A stretch of 63,552 nucleotides of DNA, counting the filler, from Aduncisulcus paluster (taxonomy: Eukaryota): NCBI GenBank assembly GCA_024181965.1. It is 3 parts of 3 records of this genome, joined end to end, with 100 filler letters (N's around TTAATTAATTAA, not from the genome) between each part and the next. Parts side by side here need not be neighbours in the genome. Positions count along the whole stretch, not along the records: positions 54,107 to 63,552 come from BQXS01012728.1; 2 more parts are not named here. One strand, given 5' to 3'. The stretch's first letter is position 1; each line of letters opens with the position of its first letter. Position numbers and translations under genes: made by a program. The notes below the pieces were generated by a model that saw only the letters and a program-made list of their open reading frames with translations, did not search any database and was not told where the DNA came from. Below, one piece after another: positions 58,874-63,552 of the stretch.

Positions 58874-59521
58874 AAACGGAAATATAACATTTTTTTGCTG
58901 TCAATATTTAGTATCTCAAGCCCTACAAAGCCTTTGTACAATGACTCATTGCGGCAATGACATTGCCAATAGCCTCAAGTTGAGGCTCCGAGCCTTGAGT
59001 CAAGGAAAAATAGCCGGTGCCGTTCATCCATATTCATCCCGACTCATTGAGCCTGATGGCTGCCTTGAATGGCATTGTACAAGGAAGATCTAATACATTA
59101 GACATAATATGACAGACTATATTTTTTTTATTGGAGATCGTTTTAAAAGTAGTCTCTCAAATATAAGGTGGAAGGAGAAGCGCCTGANNNNNNNNNNNNN
59201 NNNNNNNAAACGGAAATATAACATTTTTTTGCTGTCAATATTTAGTATCTCAAGCCCTACAAAGCCTTTGTACAATGACTCATTGCGGCAATGACATTGC
59301 AAATAGCCTCAAGTTGAGGCTCCGAGCCTTGAGTCAAGGAAAAATAGCCGGTGCCGTTCATCCATATTCATCCCGACTCATTGAGCCTGATGGCTGCCTT
59401 GAATGGCATTGTACAAGGAAGATCTAATACATTAGACATAATATGACAGACTATATTTTTTTTATTGGAGATCGTTTTAAAAGTAGTCTCTCAAATATAA
59501 GGTGGAAGGAGAAGCGCCTGA
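58874..59521. other. Assembly overlap duplication around a 20-N gap (59188-59207)
   Basis: 58874-59187 is repeated at 59208-59521 with a CATTGCC/CATTGCA difference. Confidence 0.9.
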
Positions 59522-59992
59522 GTCACGCAGAAGAGGCTCTTCCTGAGGACAATCCAATTTTAAGCAGATTCGCTTTACTATTTAGGTTCTTAGAGCAAGG
59601 GACCCCTTACGGACCAACAAAAATAAAAATAAAAATAAATTAAGACCATTAAAATTCCTCTCCGTTCAGCTTCATGACGAATCGGTTTTTCGAATTCACG
59701 CTTATCGCCAGGACCTTTCACGGAAGCGACTAAAACCATAGACATTGTTATGTCTGGTTATAACAGAAAGATCACATTCCGCACATCGGCCGGCAATAGC
59801 CATGGCAAGACGCATCAGTATCCGACTGAGGTGGCTCATAAACAGCACTTGCGCGCCATTGAGCACAGATACCCTCACCGGACAATCCAATTTGGATTGG
59901 TACTTGATAAAACTCTTTACAATTCAAGACCATAACAATCTCAAAACTAATTGTCTGAGAAAACTCCATAGAATATGCTATAGTATCTCAAT

Positions 59993-60931
59993 TCATAACC
60001 TAGAGAAAATAAGCCAGCTTGCAACAGTCTCCTTAACTTTCTTAAATACTCGCCCAGTAACAGCTTTTATAGCAATTTTAGCTCGTTCAATAAGACTATT
60101 TCTCGCTAAATCATCATAGCCTTTTGTAGCATCGATCTCAATAGATCCTCCAGATTTGATATAGCATGATATTTCGCTGATAAAATGATTGGGCAATACT
60201 CCACCATCTAATCCAACCATTTTATGAACTCTTCCAACCTTTTCCATGCAAGTATTAACAATATTTTCTCCAGAATTGAAGCTGTGAACTCTCTTGTCAA
60301 CCTCTACCAGAACCTCTTTTCCATGTTTATCAGAAATAATGGGTCTTGAACCAGGAGTCTCAAAAGTTAAAGCTGTAATAGGAATATCATGAGAATCACC
60401 TTGTCGAAAATACTTCACTAAATCAACAAATGTTTCAGATGGACGATTCACAATCCAATCATCAACCGACGCTGCTGTCATGATTTCTGCAAGTGTTGCA
60501 CCAAGAGAGTGTCCCGTATGCTCAATACAGCCAACTTTATCACGAAAAAATTGAGTTATAAACAAAACAAAACCCAGAGCCATTATTGCTTTTGGAGGTA
60601 GTTCCTTCTTTGCTAGGTAAAAATCATCAATCAAATCTTTAAACTTTTGTGTTCCTTCGTGAGCAAATACAATAATATGCCCATCATGACAGTTTTCAGT
60701 CGTATAGCCGGTTCCCTCTCGAAAAGTTCTCATACCTTCAAACCCCTTAAAAACGAAAGCTTTTCCATAATATCCAGAAGTATTTTTTGGACATTCGTAG
60801 CATCCAATTAATTTGTATGTGTAAATTAGCTCATGTGTATCACCACTAACGGTCACATCACCAATTGTTGTTGTTCCCTTTTTTTTCAGGTCTTCATTAA
60901 ATTTCAGATAGTGCACAGCATCAAATTTCAT
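59993..60931 (-). CDS. Alpha/beta-hydrolase, lipase class 3-like
   Basis: IVFAHEGT, HTGHSLGATLAE nucleophile elbow, ALTFETPGS, ENIVNT and a distal His. First ATG is at 60931. Confidence 0.82.
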   Translation of the reverse strand: MKFDAVHYLKFNEDLKKKGTTTIGDVTVSGDTHELIYTYKLIGCYECPKNTSGYYGKAFVFKGFEGMRTFREGTGYTTENCHDGHIIVFAHEGTQKFKDLIDDFYLAKKELPPKAIMALGFVLFITQFFRDKVGCIEHTGHSLGATLAEIMTAASVDDWIVNRPSETFVDLVKYFRQGDSHDIPITALTFETPGSRPIISDKHGKEVLVEVDKRVHSFNSGENIVNTCMEKVGRVHKMVGLDGGVLPNHFISEISCYIKSGGSIEIDATKGYDDLARNSLIERAKIAIKAVTGRVFKKVKETVASWLIFSRL

Positions 60932-61144
60932 AATGTTTTCACCAAACAATAGATCTCGATAGTATCAAGCCAAAAAAACAGGCCCGTTAGCTGAAGAGAT
61001 CTATTTATAGATATATTGGACACGGACCGAGTTTCAAAAACTTCTTTGAAAAAATAAATTTTTAATACTTTTATTTAGGCATTAGAAGATCCGATATTAG
61101 TAATAATACTATTATTTAGTAAATAAATTGAAAATCTACATATA

Positions 61145-63552
61145 TTATTCATTCTCGATCCAAAGTGGATGCATATACACTGTTTCTGGAGTTGATACTG
61201 AACCTCTAACAGTGATACTGACACTCCCTGGCCGATGTTTCAAGTAAGCAAGAACAATGATAAAATTCTTTCCCTTTGTCCTTTTTACCGCCTCAATATG
61301 TCCACTCATCCATCCTTCTTTCATTCGAATGCATACAACTCCTCCTTTACGGACATTCTTCACTGTTAACAAAGCACCATCGTACACAGCACCATCAAGA
61401 GCAGAAGAGGCAGAGGATGCCAAAGGAGGTAAGGAAGAAGAGGTCACATGAAGAAGTCTCTTGGCATGCAAGGACGCCATTGTTGCCTCAGTGCTTGATG
61501 CGGATGAAGAAGAAAGGTGCTCAGAAGAAGATGCAGTCAGGTTCTGTGGAGTCTTTGAAGATGACACACTCCTTCTTGGTGATCTGAGAGGATTCGAGGC
61601 GTGTGAGAAAGATGCAGTCGAAAGAGTAAAGGGAGAGGAATGACGAATTGTTGCGGTAAGAGCAGACGAATGAGTTGAAGATGAGCTTGATCCATCAGAG
61701 GAGGAGCTCTTTGACTGACTTGAAGAGGCAGATGCATGACTTGCTGTGGTATTCTTGAGAGATGTGGAGAGAGCTAATGAACTCGATATAGTTGACTTAA
61801 GTTCGTCAAGTGAAGCTGGTTGTGGGAAAGTATGATAGACTACAGCATTAACCTGTTCATCGGCATCAGATTCAATCCCAGAAGAACCCTGGACAACATC
61901 AGCCTTTGATGTCCCCGTGGAAGAAGAAGCAGATGACAAGGAGTGTTGCTGTTGTTTGTAAGTGTCAACACCACTTTGCTCAATTTGAGTAAGCACCAGT
62001 AGAGGAAGAGGGGAAGTGGCCTCATCGATAACATTCTTCATTTTGAGTAGATTGTACTCCAATTTCTTGTGAATTGAGTAAGCATTAATCAATGATTGAG
62101 CATCATCATCGGAGGATACAATTCCAATTCCAGAGGTATCAGATGACAAATGCTCGAGAGATGATGGAGAGATAGAAGAAGAGATTGCAAGATGAGAGGA
62201 ATGGCTGGATCCAGACAATACAGAACGTTTCTTATCAGCACCAAATACAGCATCGTCAAGATCCTTCATACACTGGTCCAGATCAAACCTCACATCACGA
62301 GCAGGGAGTCCAATCTTTGTCAATAAAATATCAATATTCTCCGCTACAATCCTCTGAATGTGAGAAGCAATGTCCTGTTTGTTTAACTGATGCAACAGAG
62401 CCGCGTGATGTGTTAGCAGACATTGTAGCGCACCAGTTATCTGTGACGAGTGAGACAAAGACCTTGGGAGAGCAGAGGACAGCTGTGACAGAGCTCTGGT
62501 GATTGGAACAAGAGTATGAGGGTGTGACGAGGAGAGAGCGGATGAAGAGAGAGCAGGGACAGAGCCAGATTTCTTTCCTTTCTGAGTTTTAGTCCTGGTT
62601 TTGAGATCAGAACCACCCAAAGGACCCATCTGAGAAGAAGAAGAGACAGTTGAGGATGAGAGAGATGAAGCTTTTGTGGCCATAGAATCACGTCTATCAG
62701 GTTGTTGAGTTAATGAGGTTGAGAAGTATTCCATTCCTTTCTTCTCAGCCTTTTTATATGTGAATTTTTCAATTTTACCGGCACTTTCATCATGAGTCTG
62801 TTTTGACGGATGACTCTTATCCTCTTTTCCTTTACCTGCTTTCACTGATTTTAGCTCAGATTCTTCTCGTGACCGGCAACATCCAACCTCGACCTTATGA
62901 CCTTTATGAAGCTCTGCACACACACGACAGCAGAGGCAATTACATTCCATACAGAAAAGAAGCAAGGGGAATCCATGGAATGGACACTTGGGAATTGTTA
63001 CAAGGGGAATACATGTGTGATGGGACAGAAGGTGGTGTGAATGGAGCTGGGTATTGCATTGTGCACACAAAAAGGCATCACAATCCATACATTTCACAAC
63101 AGCACGCTGGAAATGGCTCAATTTTCGAGGAGCATCCTTGGAAGGGGTTGTTGGTGTGAGAGCTGTACTGCTATCTCCTCCTACAGGGGCTAAACTAAGA
63201 GCTTTAGAGTACTCATGCGCACAATTATCACAATATGGAGGATCCTCAGGATCGATCGGGAAGATAGAGGCAGGAAGGGCTGAAACAGGAGTAGGAGAGT
63301 GTGACTCATGACTTTGGGGAAGTAATGAACCAGAATGGGAGTGTGTCAAAGAGGGAAAAGCAGGACTTGAGAAGGCTTTCAGTTCAGATTGACGTATTTG
63401 TTCTTGAAGAGCATTATACACTTTTCTTATCGCTACAACACATGGAAATTGAGCAATTCCATCAATAGGAACTTTGAAACGTAGAGAACATATAGGACAT
63501 CCATATGTAGGAAGGGATGACCCAGTTACTAAAGATTTTAAACAATTGAGAC
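61145..63552 (-). CDS. RING/B-box/B-box (TRIM-like) protein, 5'-incomplete
   Basis: Frame stays open past 63421 to the window edge, reading xLNCLKSL...GCPICSLRF (end of a RING). Then CDNC...CMDCDAFLCAQCNTQLH..H and CPFH....FCMECNCLCCRVC..LHKGH (two B-boxes), a helical region and a beta-rich C-terminus. Confidence 0.8.
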   Translation of the reverse strand, partial: LNCLKSLVTGSSLPTYGCPICSLRFKVPIDGIAQFPCVVAIRKVYNALQEQIRQSELKAFSSPAFPSLTHSHSGSLLPQSHESHSPTPVSALPASIFPIDPEDPPYCDNCAHEYSKALSLAPVGGDSSTALTPTTPSKDAPRKLSHFQRAVVKCMDCDAFLCAQCNTQLHSHHLLSHHTCIPLVTIPKCPFHGFPLLLFCMECNCLCCRVCAELHKGHKVEVGCCRSREESELKSVKAGKGKEDKSHPSKQTHDESAGKIEKFTYKKAEKKGMEYFSTSLTQQPDRRDSMATKASSLSSSTVSSSSQMGPLGGSDLKTRTKTQKGKKSGSVPALSSSALSSSHPHTLVPITRALSQLSSALPRSLSHSSQITGALQCLLTHHAALLHQLNKQDIASHIQRIVAENIDILLTKIGLPARDVRFDLDQCMKDLDDAVFGADKKRSVLSGSSHSSHLAISSSISPSSLEHLSSDTSGIGIVSSDDDAQSLINAYSIHKKLEYNLLKMKNVIDEATSPLPLLVLTQIEQSGVDTYKQQQHSLSSASSSTGTSKADVVQGSSGIESDADEQVNAVVYHTFPQPASLDELKSTISSSLALSTSLKNTTASHASASSSQSKSSSSDGSSSSSTHSSALTATIRHSSPFTLSTASFSHASNPLRSPRRSVSSSKTPQNLTASSSEHLSSSSASSTEATMASLHAKRLLHVTSSSLPPLASSASSALDGAVYDGALLTVKNVRKGGVVCIRMKEGWMSGHIEAVKRTKGKNFIIVLAYLKHRPGSVSITVRGSVSTPETVYMHPLWIENE

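Noticed and set aside
58924..59005. Palindrome clusters as CRISPR repeats, terminators or tRNA/ncRNA
   Set aside because: No constant repeat with spacers, no U-tracts or cloverleaf, loops are a single base, and the context is eukaryotic.
843..59521. Four 260-360-bp direct repeats, each flanking a 20-N gap, as real tandem duplications or LTRs
   Set aside because: Each pair abuts a gap exactly and differs at most by a SNP or microsatellite length. This is typical of unmerged contig overlaps, possibly two alleles.
1..63552. Non-standard genetic code (TAA/TAG = Gln as in hexamitid diplomonads); rRNA or tRNA genes
   Set aside because: Conserved genes end at TAA/TAG at the expected positions and have no internal stops. 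No rRNA or tRNA was recognisable by eye.

Overview
Gene-dense, AT-rich eukaryotic (protist) DNA in the standard genetic code. It has short GTATGT...AG spliceosomal introns near gene 5' ends. Two artificial N-TTAATTAATTAA-N joins (29499-29598, 54007-54106) split it into three segments, and four 20-N gaps are flanked by duplicated overlaps. The gene families and intron style suggest a free-living fornicate metamonad such as Aduncisulcus (inference, not verified by search). Recognisable genes: RPS25, RPL13, RPS15, MAD2, a PP2A B55 subunit, a DUS1-like synthase, an ARMC4/ODAD2-like protein, an SLC45/SUT-like transporter, a cytosolic MDH-family enzyme, a DOC-BTB protein, a RING-B-box (TRIM-like) protein, a class-3-like lipase and two large modular kinases. 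Mobile remnants: a degenerate Mutator-like (MULE) transposase and the C-terminal RuvC/zinc-finger part of a Fanzor/TnpB nuclease. The most striking unannotated signal is that non-coding DNA is full of interlocking odd-length palindromes with one unpaired central base. Five have the exact form X[1-7]+revcomp(X)+X[2-8] for an 8-bp X, which is the footprint predicted for hAT/MULE-type hairpin-mediated excision from an 8-bp target duplication. Removing one of them restores the MULE reading frame exactly. Other highlights are a kinase with ~1-kb near-identical helical repeats carrying hypervariable positions, and an MDH-family enzyme with Tyr in place of the malate-specificity Arg.
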